From Candidatus Aminicenantes bacterium (GTDB lineage Bacteria; Acidobacteriota; Aminicenantia; Aminicenantales; CALLJL01), in contig JAOAFQ010000098.1 of assembly GCA_026416195.1 (NCBI GenBank), positions 7,931 to 71,930 of the forward strand: DNA of 64,000 nt, written 5' to 3'. Position 1 is the first letter of the stretch; every line of letters starts with the position of its first letter. The notes below the pieces were generated by a model. The model searched no databases and was not told where the DNA came from. It was given only the letters and a program-made list of their open reading frames with translations. Shown piece after piece: positions 39,238-48,673 of this stretch. The position numbers and the translations under genes are program-made.

Positions 39238-39962
39238 TGAATTATTTTTTACAAGCCAAAAAATTGGTCAAAAGTTATGGCCGCCGTCGAGTGGTTGACG
39301 AAGTCTCACTTGAGGTCAAGCAGGGGGAGATTGTTGGTCTTTTAGGACCAAATGGAGCTGGAAAAACCACCACCTTCGCTATTTTGGCCGGTCTCATTTC
39401 GCCTGATGAAGGTAAAATCTTTTTAAAAGGGGAGGATATTTCAAGCTGGCCGATGTATTTAAGAGCCCGAGCTGGCCTTGGATTTTTACCGCAAGAACCA
39501 TCAGTTTTTCTTGGCTTAACCGTGGAAGAAAATATCTTAGCCGTTCAACAACAGGTGGTCAATGAAAAAAAGCCAAAAGCTGATCTTAATCAGCTTTTAA
39601 AGAAATTTGGCCTAAAAAATTTAAGCCGCGTTAAGGCCGCTTATCTTTCAGGGGGGGAGCGAAGACGCTTAGAGTTGGCCCGAGCCATGGCGGTTAGACC
39701 TGATTTTCTTCTTTTAGATGAACCATTTACTGGAATTGATCCCCTGGGGGTAATGGAGTTAAAAGAGCATTTCCAAGAACTAAAAAAAGAAGGGCTTGGT
39801 CTTTTAATAACTGACCATAATGTGCGAGAAACTCTGAAGATTACTGATTGGGCCGCTATTATTGATCGAGGTCAAATTTTAGAAAGTGGGCCACCTCAGA
39901 AAATCATCGATTCTTCAGAAGTTAGAAAGAGATATTTAGGGGAAGATTTCCGTCTTACTTGA
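39237..39962 (+). CDS. lptB: LPS export ABC transporter ATPase LptB
   Basis: Walker A GPNGAGKTTTF, signature LSGGERRRLELARAM, Walker B LLLDEP. Lies upstream of rpoN. Confidence 0.9.
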   Translation: MNYFLQAKKLVKSYGRRRVVDEVSLEVKQGEIVGLLGPNGAGKTTTFAILAGLISPDEGKIFLKGEDISSWPMYLRARAGLGFLPQEPSVFLGLTVEENILAVQQQVVNEKKPKADLNQLLKKFGLKNLSRVKAAYLSGGERRRLELARAMAVRPDFLLLDEPFTGIDPLGVMELKEHFQELKKEGLGLLITDHNVRETLKITDWAAIIDRGQILESGPPQKIIDSSEVRKRYLGEDFRLT

Positions 39963-39978
39963 TGGAGAAATCGACAGC

Positions 39979-41451
39979 ATGCTCAAGCAAAAGCTAGATC
40001 AGAAGCAAGTTCAAAAGTTAATTTTGGCCCCAGCCCTTCAGCAAGCTATTCGTTTATTACCTTTAACCAACTTAGAGCTAATCGAAGTAATTGACGCTGA
40101 ATTGGCCGAAAATCCACTTTTGGAAGAAATGTCCCAAGGAGAAGTCCAAGAGGAAGGGGAAACGCCTGAGGAAGAGACCTTATCGGAATCTAACCCTGAT
40201 GAGCCGACTAGCCTCGAGGAAACCGAGCTGATGACTTCGGGTAATCAACTTGGAGAAGCCTCTTGGGACGAAATTTTAGTTCATTACTTTGATGATAGTC
40301 CGGATCAACTTAATCAGGAACCAAAAGAACCCATAGCTTTAGAAAATATTCTTGCTCGCGGCCCTTCTCTTTGGGATCATCTTAATTGGCAGGCCAGTCT
40401 AACTTTTTTTAGTGAAGATGAACGAGCCATCGCTTCTTATATCATTGGCAACATTAATGAAGATGGTTATCTAACTACCTCGGTTGAAGAGATTGCGGCT
40501 TCTCTTGGGGTTGAGTTAGCCCAAGTTGAGACTGTCCGCCAAAAAATCAAGGGCTTTGATCCTGTAGGTTCTGGCTCTTTAAATCTCCAGGAAATGATGT
40601 TGGCTCAAATGGAGCATCTCGGAATCAACAATGAGATTACTCGGAGAATAGTCGAAAATTATCTACCCATTCTGGAAAAGGCCGATTATGAACAATTAAC
40701 TAGGGAACTGAAAATATCTTTAGCTGAACTCAAAAATCATCTGGAAATCCTTAAACACCTTGATCCGGCTCCAGGGAGGAAATATAGCCAAGAAAAGGTT
40801 GCCTATGTGGTTCCCGATATTATTGTAACCAAGGAAGGAGATGATTATAAAATATTTTTAAACAATGAAGGCCTGCCTAAATTAAGAATAAGTAGCTTTT
40901 ATCGCCAGATTTTGGCGAAAGGATCTCAGCTTAATCCCGAGGCTTATAATTATTTAAAAGATAGAATGAAACGGGCTATTTGGTTTTTAAAAAGCCTGAA
41001 CCAGCGAGAACAAACAGTTTTCCGTGTGGCTAAAGCAATTATCGAGCGCCAAAAAGATTTTCTCGAAAAAGGAATTGATTTTCTTAAACCCCTGACTCTT
41101 TCAGAAATTGCGGAAGAAGTAGAAGTTCATGAATCAACGGTTGGCCGGGTTGTGGCTAATAAATATATTCAGACGCCTAGAGGTGTATTTTCTTTAAAAT
41201 ATTTTTTCCACAAGTCATTGGCCAGCGAGAACGGAGAGGAAGTTTCTTCCCTTCGAATCAAGGAAAGAATAAAAAAGTTAATCGAAGGAGAGGATCCAGC
41301 CAACCCATTGAGTGATACTGATTTATGTGATATATTAAGGCGTGAAAATATAAAAATCGCTCGCCGAACAGTGGCTAAATATCGGAAGCAATTACGCCTT
41401 CCTCCTTCGCATGTCCGAAAAAGGAAGTTTTTAGCGGAGGGTAAGAAATGA
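39979..41451 (+). CDS. rpoN: RNA polymerase sigma-54 factor
   Basis: N-terminal Gln/Leu-rich region, acidic linker, RpoN box ARRTVAKYR near the C-terminus. Confidence 0.95.
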   Translation: MLKQKLDQKQVQKLILAPALQQAIRLLPLTNLELIEVIDAELAENPLLEEMSQGEVQEEGETPEEETLSESNPDEPTSLEETELMTSGNQLGEASWDEILVHYFDDSPDQLNQEPKEPIALENILARGPSLWDHLNWQASLTFFSEDERAIASYIIGNINEDGYLTTSVEEIAASLGVELAQVETVRQKIKGFDPVGSGSLNLQEMMLAQMEHLGINNEITRRIVENYLPILEKADYEQLTRELKISLAELKNHLEILKHLDPAPGRKYSQEKVAYVVPDIIVTKEGDDYKIFLNNEGLPKLRISSFYRQILAKGSQLNPEAYNYLKDRMKRAIWFLKSLNQREQTVFRVAKAIIERQKDFLEKGIDFLKPLTLSEIAEEVEVHESTVGRVVANKYIQTPRGVFSLKYFFHKSLASENGEEVSSLRIKERIKKLIEGEDPANPLSDTDLCDILRRENIKIARRTVAKYRKQLRLPPSHVRKRKFLAEGKK

Positions 41452-41984
41452 ATATTCGTTTTACTACCCGGCAGATGGAGCTAACGCCGGAGATTAAAAG
41501 CTATTGTGAAAAAAGATTAAAATCATTTTCTAAACTTCTCCGGCCGCCGGTGGAAGTGGATCTTATTCTTTCTCACGAAAAATATCGGTATAAGATAGAA
41601 GCTAACCTCAAAGCCAAAGGAATTGCTGCCATAGCCGAAGAAGAGTCTGCCAATTTGATGGCTTCTTTAGGGAAAGTTTTTGATAGCCTTGAAAAGCGAA
41701 TCAAGAAAGAGAGAGAGAAGACGAGGGAGAGGAAGAGAAGAATAACCCGAGAAAAAAAGCAAAAGACGCTGGTGGCAGCCCTAGAGCCTGAAACTGAAGT
41801 TGAAGAAAAAAGGGTGATTCGCATGAGCGATTATTCTTTAAAGCCAATGACAGTGGAAGAAGCGATTATCCAACTTGATCTGAAAAAAAGGGATGTTTTC
41901 GTTTTCCGCCGCGAAGAGAATGAAAAGCTGGCGGTCATATTCAGACGGCGTGATGGTCATTATGGTTTGATTGAGCCAGAATAA
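41448..41984 (+). CDS. hpf: Ribosome hibernation promoting factor (long form with charged linker)
   Basis: MNIRFTTRQMELTPEIKSYCEKRL N-domain, K/R/E-rich linker, C-terminal dimerisation domain; sits downstream of rpoN. Confidence 0.85.
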   Translation: MNIRFTTRQMELTPEIKSYCEKRLKSFSKLLRPPVEVDLILSHEKYRYKIEANLKAKGIAAIAEEESANLMASLGKVFDSLEKRIKKEREKTRERKRRITREKKQKTLVAALEPETEVEEKRVIRMSDYSLKPMTVEEAIIQLDLKKRDVFVFRREENEKLAVIFRRRDGHYGLIEPE

Positions 41985-42000
41985 TTAGTTTAGGTGGGAA

Positions 42001-42471
42001 ATGAGAATTGCTAATTTATTGACAGAAGATATGATTATTTCTGAATTGAAAGGTAAAGATCGAGATGAGGTTCTGCGGGAAATGGTTGATTTCCTGAAGA
42101 ATAAAAAAAAGATTAATAATGCTTCGGAGCTTTTGGAAAGGCTAATTCAACGCGAAAATTTAGGTAGCACAGCAGTGGGCGATGGGATTGCAATTCCTCA
42201 CTGCAAAATTGCCGAATTGAGAAGTCCAATTCTCTTGTTAGCCATTTCAAAAAAAGGCGTGGCCTTTGGTTCAGCGAATGGCAAGCTAACTTCAATTTTT
42301 TTTATGCTTGTATCTCCTCAAGAAAACCCCAGTCTTAATCTTCAGATTCTAGCGGCAATTGCCCAGTTGATTCGTCAAGCTCCTTCGCTCCCCAAAAAGA
42401 TAATGGCCGCTAAAAGTGCTAGACGGATTTTAGAAATAATTCGGGAAGAAGAAGAAAAAATCTATGAATGA
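42001..42471 (+). CDS. ptsN: PTS IIA-Ntr (nitrogen regulatory EIIA)
   Basis: EIIA-fructose/Ntr fold with phospho-His in GDGIAIPH, 156 aa, conserved rpoN-hpf-ptsN order. Confidence 0.9.
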   Translation: MRIANLLTEDMIISELKGKDRDEVLREMVDFLKNKKKINNASELLERLIQRENLGSTAVGDGIAIPHCKIAELRSPILLLAISKKGVAFGSANGKLTSIFFMLVSPQENPSLNLQILAAIAQLIRQAPSLPKKIMAAKSARRILEIIREEEEKIYE

Positions 42472-42516
42472 AAATTAGGGGCCGTGGATCAAAAGAATAT
42501 TTAAATTTTAATTTGC

Positions 42517-43065
42517 ATGACTTCAAAAAAACTGGAAGCCAAAAATTCAAAAATTATTCCAGCTGGCCTTTTAGAAATAAATGGTCTTGGCGTTTTGATT
42601 TTAGGCGATAGTGGGGTTGGCAAAAGTGAAAGTGCCCTGGAGTTAATTACGAGGGGACATCGCTTTGTAGCCGATGATGTGGTTCTGGTTAAAAAAACCA
42701 GATCCGGGAAATTGAGGGGTCGAGCCCCTGAAGTCGCCCGCCACTTCATGGAGCTTCGAGGCCTTGGGTTGATCAATATCAAAGAAATTTTTGGGAAGAA
42801 AGCTATTTCTTACTCTGTTCCGATTGATCTGGCAATCTATTTAAAACGATGGCACCGTGGCGATGAATTTGACCGAATTGGTCTTGAGTTTCCTGAAGAT
42901 TATGAAATCCTTGGGGTAAAGATTCCTCAACTTATTATTCCGGTGGCTCCCGGTCGAAATATAGCCACTCTGATTGAAATAGCTTGCCGAGTTCACCGAC
43001 TGCGTCAGAAAGGTTATCTGGCTTCTCGGGAAATCGTTAAACGAATGGAAAAAAGGATGAAATAA
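42517..43065 (+). CDS. hprK: HPr kinase/phosphorylase, short form (C-terminal catalytic domain only)
   Basis: GVLILGDSGVGKSESALELITRGHRFVADDVVLV P-loop and capping motif. At 182 aa it lacks the N-terminal domain of the 310-aa Firmicutes enzyme. Confidence 0.85.
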   Translation: MTSKKLEAKNSKIIPAGLLEINGLGVLILGDSGVGKSESALELITRGHRFVADDVVLVKKTRSGKLRGRAPEVARHFMELRGLGLINIKEIFGKKAISYSVPIDLAIYLKRWHRGDEFDRIGLEFPEDYEILGVKIPQLIIPVAPGRNIATLIEIACRVHRLRQKGYLASREIVKRMEKRMK

Positions 43066-43067
43066 AG

Positions 43068-43946
43068 GTGACCAAAAAAAAGGATTTCCAGAAGGATAAT
43101 CGTTTTCTGATTATTACGGGTCTATCAGGTTCTGGTAAGACTGTCGTTAGCCATTTTCTTGAAGATTTAGGCTATTACTGTATTGATAATCTTCCGGCCA
43201 AACTTATTCCCAATTTTATTGATCTCTGGCTTAAAAAAGAGGTAGAAATTGATAAAGTCGCCTTAGTCGTTGATATGAGGGAGCCAGGGTTCCTTCATGA
43301 TTTTCCTCGAGTTTTTGCCGAGATTAAAACCAAAATTCCAGTTAAATTGATTTTTTTAGATGCTTCGGACGAAGCCCTAGTTAAAAGATTTAGTGAAAGT
43401 CGAAGACCTCACCCACTTTACCCCCGTAAGCCTGTTCTTGAAGCCATCAGTCTCGAAAGGAAAAGATTGGAAGCTATTAAGGCCATGGCTGATGAAATCA
43501 TCGATACTTCCCAAACAACTATTGCTCAACTCCGGGAATTAATGACTAAGAAGCTTTGGCCCCGGCCTCGAAAAAAATTGCAAATAGCGATTATCACTTT
43601 TGGCTACAAATATGGTCTTCCTTTAGAAGCCGACCTCATTTTTGATACGCGCTTCCTAGCCAATCCTTTTTATATTGACCGTTTTAGAAATAAAACGGGT
43701 AAAAGTCCTGAGGTAAGAAAGTTTGTGCTTAATTCCCCTGAAACCAAAGATTTTTTGGAAAAAATGACTGGATTTATTCTTTATCTTTTGCCTAAATTTA
43801 TTAACGAAGGTAAAAGTTATCTAACTATTGGCCTTGGTTGTACGGGTGGCAAACATCGTTCAGTGGTGATTGGTGAAGAGCTCAAGAATTTTTTGAAACA
43901 GCAAAATTATGATATAAAAATTATTCACCGCGATCTAGGGCGGTGA
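43068..43946 (+). CDS. rapZ: RNase adapter protein RapZ (YhbJ)
   Basis: LIITGLSGSGKTVVSHFLEDLGYYCIDNLP Walker A N-terminus, 292 aa, position after ptsN/hprK. Confidence 0.9.
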   Translation: MTKKKDFQKDNRFLIITGLSGSGKTVVSHFLEDLGYYCIDNLPAKLIPNFIDLWLKKEVEIDKVALVVDMREPGFLHDFPRVFAEIKTKIPVKLIFLDASDEALVKRFSESRRPHPLYPRKPVLEAISLERKRLEAIKAMADEIIDTSQTTIAQLRELMTKKLWPRPRKKLQIAIITFGYKYGLPLEADLIFDTRFLANPFYIDRFRNKTGKSPEVRKFVLNSPETKDFLEKMTGFILYLLPKFINEGKSYLTIGLGCTGGKHRSVVIGEELKNFLKQQNYDIKIIHRDLGR

Positions 43947-43987
43947 AAAGAAAACTTTGGCTTAATAAATTCAGTGGGAAGTAAAAA

Positions 43988-44392
43988 ATGATTGGTGGCA
44001 TCATAGTTTCCCACGGGAAACTAGCCGAGGAGCTGCTCAATGTTTTAACTATTATCCTAGGTGAGGCGCCGAATATCGAGGCCATCTCAATAGGTTGGTA
44101 TGATGACGTTGAGGAGTCGAAAAGGAAGATTAATCAATCCTTAAAGCGAGTTGATCAAAAAAATGGAGTTATTATTTTTACGGACATGTTTGGCGGAACT
44201 CCTTCTAATCTAAGCTTTAGTTTTCTGCGTGATAATGAAGTCGAAATAATTACTGGGGTAAACTTACCGATGCTGATTAAATTTGTTTCACTCCAGCGCT
44301 CCAAAAATTTGAAAGAAGTAGCCAAAAAGGTAATGGAGCAAGGGAAAAAGAACATTCATCTTGCCAGCTCCTTACTCAAAACCAGAAAATAA
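43988..44392 (+). CDS. PTS mannose-family EIIA component
   Basis: MIGGIIVSHGKLAEEL with His at the canonical phosphorylation position of EIIA-Man, 134 aa. Confidence 0.8.
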   Translation: MIGGIIVSHGKLAEELLNVLTIILGEAPNIEAISIGWYDDVEESKRKINQSLKRVDQKNGVIIFTDMFGGTPSNLSFSFLRDNEVEIITGVNLPMLIKFVSLQRSKNLKEVAKKVMEQGKKNIHLASSLLKTRK

Positions 44393-44395
44393 CCG

Positions 44396-44665
44396 ATGAT
44401 TGAAAAACAAGTAGTGATCAAGAACAAGTTGGGACTCCATGCTCGGGCTGCAGTTAAATTTGTTAACTTAGCTAATCGTTTTAGTTCGAGTGTTCGGATC
44501 ATTAAGGATACCATGGAAATAGATGGCAAAAGCATCCTTGGAATTTTGACTTTAGCTGCCAGTCAAGGGACTAAACTTACTCTTCGAGTTTCTGGTGAAG
44601 ATGAACGAGAGGCCATGAGAGCGCTAATGGAGTTAATCAATAACAAATTCGATGAAGGTGAATAG
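44396..44665 (+). CDS. ptsH: Phosphocarrier protein HPr/NPr
   Basis: GLHARAA active-site His15 motif and the regulatory Ser context (GKSIL), 89 aa. Confidence 0.9.
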   Translation: MIEKQVVIKNKLGLHARAAVKFVNLANRFSSSVRIIKDTMEIDGKSILGILTLAASQGTKLTLRVSGEDEREAMRALMELINNKFDEGE

Positions 44666-44670
44666 TTAAG

Positions 44671-46440
44671 ATGGAGTTCATTCGCTTAAGAGGCATAGGA
44701 GTGTCTCCAGGTATTGCGATGGGTGAAAGTTTCCTGACAGTGCCTTCATCTTTAGCTATCTGTAAAGAAACTATCCCCGTTTCCCAAATCGATAAGGAAA
44801 TAGAAAGACTTAAGGCGGCTATCCAAAAAACTGAAAAAGAATTACTGGAAATCAAGGAGAAAATAAAAATTATCGCTGGCGAGGAGCAGGCAATTCTTCT
44901 TGAAGCCCACCTTTTGATTCTAAGAGACAGGTCTCTTCTTTCTGGCTTAGAAAAGATAATAAGACAGGACAAAGTCAAAGCTGAATGGGCTTTGGAAGAA
45001 ATTAATCGAAAATATCGGGGCATTTTTGAAAGCATTAATGATGAATATTTTCGCCAGCGGCAGGCTGATATTTTTGATGTTTTAATGCGAATTCAAAGGA
45101 ATCTTAAGCCCGAAACTAGTAAGAGAAGAGACCAGCCAAGCGATCGAAAAGTAATTCTAGTAGCTCATGACCTTCTTCCTTCAGAAGCCGCTAGCCGTTT
45201 TAGCCGAGGCAATGTGATTGGGGTTGCCCTGGATATGGGAGGACCGACTTCTCATACTGCTATTTTAGCCCGATCTTTGGATATTCCAGCTGTCGTAGGT
45301 CTACATAATATCACGGCTCAAGTTAGAAATGGCGACTTTTTGATTGTTGATGGAACTGATGGTGAAGTTCTAATCAATCCCCCACAGGCCATTAGGAAAG
45401 AATTTCAGAGTAAGAAAGAAAAGTATGATAAATATCGCCTAGAGCTAAGAAAGATTGCTCGTCAGCCTTCAGTAACTTTGGATGGAGTGGCTTTTAAACC
45501 TCTAGCTAATATTGAATTGCCTGAGGAAGTGTCGGTTGCTTTTAGTTTGGGAGCTGAAGGAATTGGCCTTTTTCGGTCTGAATTTATTTATCTCCAGCGC
45601 CAGAGTTTACCCACAGAGGAGGAACATTTTGAAATCTATTCTAAGCTGGCCCGAAGATGTTATCCAAGACCGGTTTATATTCGAACCCTTGATATTGGCG
45701 GCGAAAAATCTTACTCTCAATTTAATCTGGGAGCTGAACCCAATCCAGCTTTGGGCTTAAGGGCTATTCGCTTTTCTTTAAAGAATCCTGAAATCTTTCG
45801 TCTTCAACTTAGAGCGATTCTGCGCGCTAGTGGTCAAGGCAATGTTCGACTCCTTTTTCCGATGATCACTGAGATTGAAGAGATTTTGTTGATCAAGGAG
45901 TTATTGGCTGAAGTAAAATCCGAATTACGTCGTCAGAGAGTCCGTTTTGACGAGAATATCCCTCTTGGGATCATGATTGAAGTTCCTGCTGCCGCCGCCA
46001 TCACTGAATTTCTGGCCAAAGAGGTAAATTTTATTAGCATTGGCACCAACGACCTTATCCAATACTTTCTTGCCGTCGATCGCTCTAATGAATCTGTGGC
46101 TTACCTTTATAAACCCCTCCACCCATCAGTGCTTAGGCTGATCAAGCAAGTAATTGATCAGGCCAATGAGGCTGGTCGCGAAGTTGGGGTTTGTGGCGAG
46201 ATGGCAGCTGATCCTCTCTCGGCTCTGATTCTTCTTGGCTTCGGTTTAAGAATTTTTAGTATGAATCCCATCTTTATCCCAAGAATTAAAAAAGCGTTAC
46301 GCTCCGTCGAACTCAAAACAGTGAAAGAAGCGGCTGAAGAGATTTTAAAATTAAAAACCTCGCAGGATATTGAAGAGTATTTTATTGAACGAGTTATCTC
46401 CCGCCATCCTCAGGCCTTCTTGACTACCCAGTTAACTTGA
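44671..46440 (+). CDS. ptsI: Phosphoenolpyruvate-protein phosphotransferase (Enzyme I)
   Basis: HPr-binding N-domain, phospho-His domain (GGPTSHTAILARSL), PEP-utilising TIM barrel; 589 aa with no GAF domain. Confidence 0.95.
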   Translation: MEFIRLRGIGVSPGIAMGESFLTVPSSLAICKETIPVSQIDKEIERLKAAIQKTEKELLEIKEKIKIIAGEEQAILLEAHLLILRDRSLLSGLEKIIRQDKVKAEWALEEINRKYRGIFESINDEYFRQRQADIFDVLMRIQRNLKPETSKRRDQPSDRKVILVAHDLLPSEAASRFSRGNVIGVALDMGGPTSHTAILARSLDIPAVVGLHNITAQVRNGDFLIVDGTDGEVLINPPQAIRKEFQSKKEKYDKYRLELRKIARQPSVTLDGVAFKPLANIELPEEVSVAFSLGAEGIGLFRSEFIYLQRQSLPTEEEHFEIYSKLARRCYPRPVYIRTLDIGGEKSYSQFNLGAEPNPALGLRAIRFSLKNPEIFRLQLRAILRASGQGNVRLLFPMITEIEEILLIKELLAEVKSELRRQRVRFDENIPLGIMIEVPAAAAITEFLAKEVNFISIGTNDLIQYFLAVDRSNESVAYLYKPLHPSVLRLIKQVIDQANEAGREVGVCGEMAADPLSALILLGFGLRIFSMNPIFIPRIKKALRSVELKTVKEAAEEILKLKTSQDIEEYFIERVISRHPQAFLTTQLT

Positions 46441-46450
46441 AAGCGCTAGC

Positions 46451-46945
46451 TTAAAAAGGAATTTCTTCTTCTGATTCAGTTTCGGGTAAATAATCCGGTT
46501 CAGCTTCTAAAGGTTCTTGGTCGGGAAAGTCGGTGACTTCTGGTTCGTAATAGGCGAGAGCTTCAGGTTCAGTTATTTCGGCGGCTTCAATTTCCTCTTC
46601 TCTTTTCCCTAGAAGAATAATCGTTCTAGCTTCGATCTCGGTAGTTTTTCTTTTCACCCCATCCCGACCTTCCCACGTTCGACTGCGAAGCTTACCCTCA
46701 ATGAGGATTTGCCGCCCCTTAGTAAGATATTTACTACAAAATTCAGCCAATTTACCCCACGCAATGATCCGATGCCATTCGGCTCGACGTCGGCTTTCAT
46801 TCTTGCTCGGATCATAGACAAGTTCATTGGTGGCTAGATCAAAATGGGCCACTGGTCTTTCGCTTCGAGCCAAATAACGAAGAATTGGCTTATCTCGAAG
46901 TCGCCCAACTAAAATTACGCGATTTAAACTATTGATGTCTCTCAT
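46451..46945 (-). CDS. ssb: Single-stranded DNA-binding protein
   Basis: OB-fold N-domain and acidic C-terminal tail ending EEEIPF. Confidence 0.9.
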   Translation of the reverse strand: MRDINSLNRVILVGRLRDKPILRYLARSERPVAHFDLATNELVYDPSKNESRRRAEWHRIIAWGKLAEFCSKYLTKGRQILIEGKLRSRTWEGRDGVKRKTTEIEARTIILLGKREEEIEAAEITEPEALAYYEPEVTDFPDQEPLEAEPDYLPETESEEEIPF

Positions 46946-47805
46946 TTTTCAATTAGTTCCTTTATTTTTTGTTGGGCAATTTTAGCTTCTTCTTGTAGGG
47001 GAAAGCGGCTGACAAGAAGTTTAAGAACAGCCAAAGCCTCTTCCTTCTGGCCCAGTTCAAGATAACTGAGTCCCTTTTTCAAATAGGCGGCAGGTACTCG
47101 ATCACCTTTTGGATAATAAAGGATAACTTCGTTGAAAGCAGCAATAGCAGCTTCATAATTTTTTAAACTAAAATAGCATTCGCCAATCCAATAAAGAGCA
47201 TTATCGGCCAAGGGACTTTCGCCAAATTGGTCTCGATATAATTTAAACCCCTCAATGGCCAGTTCATAATTTCCTTTAAGATAATCGCTATAGGCGTTGT
47301 TATAGATTTCCTGAGGCGATGGACCACTGACTGACGGTGGCATTTCTTTGGCTATCTTCTCTTCTTGTTCCTTTTTTTTGGCCTCGGCGGATGAGGTCGA
47401 AACTGGTTTGGTTTCAGCTAGGGTTTGAGGAAGAGAAAGGGGTGGTTTTAAAGCAACTAAGTCTTCAGCTATTCGTTCAAGTCGAGACCCAAGCTGATCA
47501 AGGCGATCATTTAAAAACTGATATTGCATGGGAACTTCTTTTAAGCTATTTTTGGTCTCAGCCATTTCTTTCTGCCAAATTTTAAGAGTAGCTTGAATTT
47601 CTTGGAGTTGAGTTTTAAGCCCTTGAATTTCGGAGGCCAAATTTTGCCATCTCTCTTGAAGAAGAAGAAGTTGCTTTTTCAGAACTTGAACATCTTCATA
47701 GATAAGCTCATAAATTTTTTGAGACTGGTCAGCTTGAGAAGAAGCGATAAAAAGGAAGAGACTGAGCCATCCGATTCCTAAGATAATTTCTTTTCTCGTT
47801 ACCAA
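46942..47805 (-). CDS. cpoB: Tol-Pal system protein CpoB/YbgF (coiled coil plus TPR)
   Basis: Signal peptide, long coiled coil, C-terminal TPR repeats; position downstream of pal. Confidence 0.8.
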   Translation of the reverse strand: MVTRKEIILGIGWLSLFLFIASSQADQSQKIYELIYEDVQVLKKQLLLLQERWQNLASEIQGLKTQLQEIQATLKIWQKEMAETKNSLKEVPMQYQFLNDRLDQLGSRLERIAEDLVALKPPLSLPQTLAETKPVSTSSAEAKKKEQEEKIAKEMPPSVSGPSPQEIYNNAYSDYLKGNYELAIEGFKLYRDQFGESPLADNALYWIGECYFSLKNYEAAIAAFNEVILYYPKGDRVPAAYLKKGLSYLELGQKEEALAVLKLLVSRFPLQEEAKIAQQKIKELIEK

Positions 47806-47881
47806 ATCGAATTACCTTTATCGAATTAATAACCTTTCTTTAAATCTTTAAGATAAAAGGCAAAAAACCAAAATAGTTGAT

Positions 47882-48436
47882 TTATTTTTCAATAATTGTA
47901 AACTGCGCTCGCCGATTCTTCGCCCAAGCTTCTTCATTATGTCCAGGGTCAAGGGGTTGACTTTTTCCATAAGAGATTATCTTCATTCTATCAGGAGAGA
48001 TGCCCAGTGAAACAAGATAATCAAAAGTTGATTTGGCCCTTCTTTCTCCTAAGGCTAAATTATATTCCTCCGTTCCTCTTTCATCGCAATGCCCTTCAAT
48101 AAGGATTTTGACTGATTGGAATTTTTTCAGCCAAGCTGCATTTTGGGCTAGAATAGGTTTCATATCATCACGAATGTTATATTTGTCAAAATCAAAATGA
48201 ATCATTTTGAGATAGCCAGCTTTATTGGCTTCTTCTAAAGATTGGGACATAAATATTTCTTCTTCGGTAAGAGGCCGTTTTGCAGTCTCTTTAGGTGGTT
48301 CTACTTTTTCTACTTTAGGTTGTTCTTTTACTTGGGGAGGTGGTGTTGGCGGTACCTGCTTCACCTTAGGTTTGCAGGCGGAAAAGAAAATGGTTGTTAA
48401 AATTAAAACTATAAAAACTAGGCTGCGCTTTTTCAT
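47882..48436 (-). CDS. pal: Peptidoglycan-associated lipoprotein Pal (OmpA-like domain)
   Basis: Lipobox (FFSAC), OmpA/MotB peptidoglycan-binding motif ([24 protein letters not shown]); AAGGAGG RBS. Confidence 0.9.
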   Translation of the reverse strand: MKKRSLVFIVLILTTIFFSACKPKVKQVPPTPPPQVKEQPKVEKVEPPKETAKRPLTEEEIFMSQSLEEANKAGYLKMIHFDFDKYNIRDDMKPILAQNAAWLKKFQSVKILIEGHCDERGTEEYNLALGERRAKSTFDYLVSLGISPDRMKIISYGKSQPLDPGHNEEAWAKNRRAQFTIIEK

Positions 48437-48501
48437 TAAACCTCCTTCTTTTTAACGTATTTTACCGGGCAATCTCTCTAAATTTTCCCGTTTTCGTTCT
48501 C

Positions 48502-48531
48502 ATTCTAATAGATGCTTTCAAGGTCTGTCAA
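48502..48531 (-). promoter_or_regulatory. Sigma-70-type promoter candidate inside the tolB-pal spacer, driving pal
   Basis: Reverse strand reads TTGACA (48526-48531), 18-nt spacer, TAGAAT (48502-48507). About 60 nt upstream of the pal start. Confidence 0.4.
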
Positions 48532-48673
48532 TCAATATTTGCCTTTTAAAAGTGGATATTTTAGAAATTTACCTTTGGTTTCGATCTTAAAGATCAAAAA
48601 AATAATCCTTTTTGATAGGCTAAGCTTGCTTCTTTTATGGTTCAAAAGACCACCTAAGCCCAAATTGATTTAA

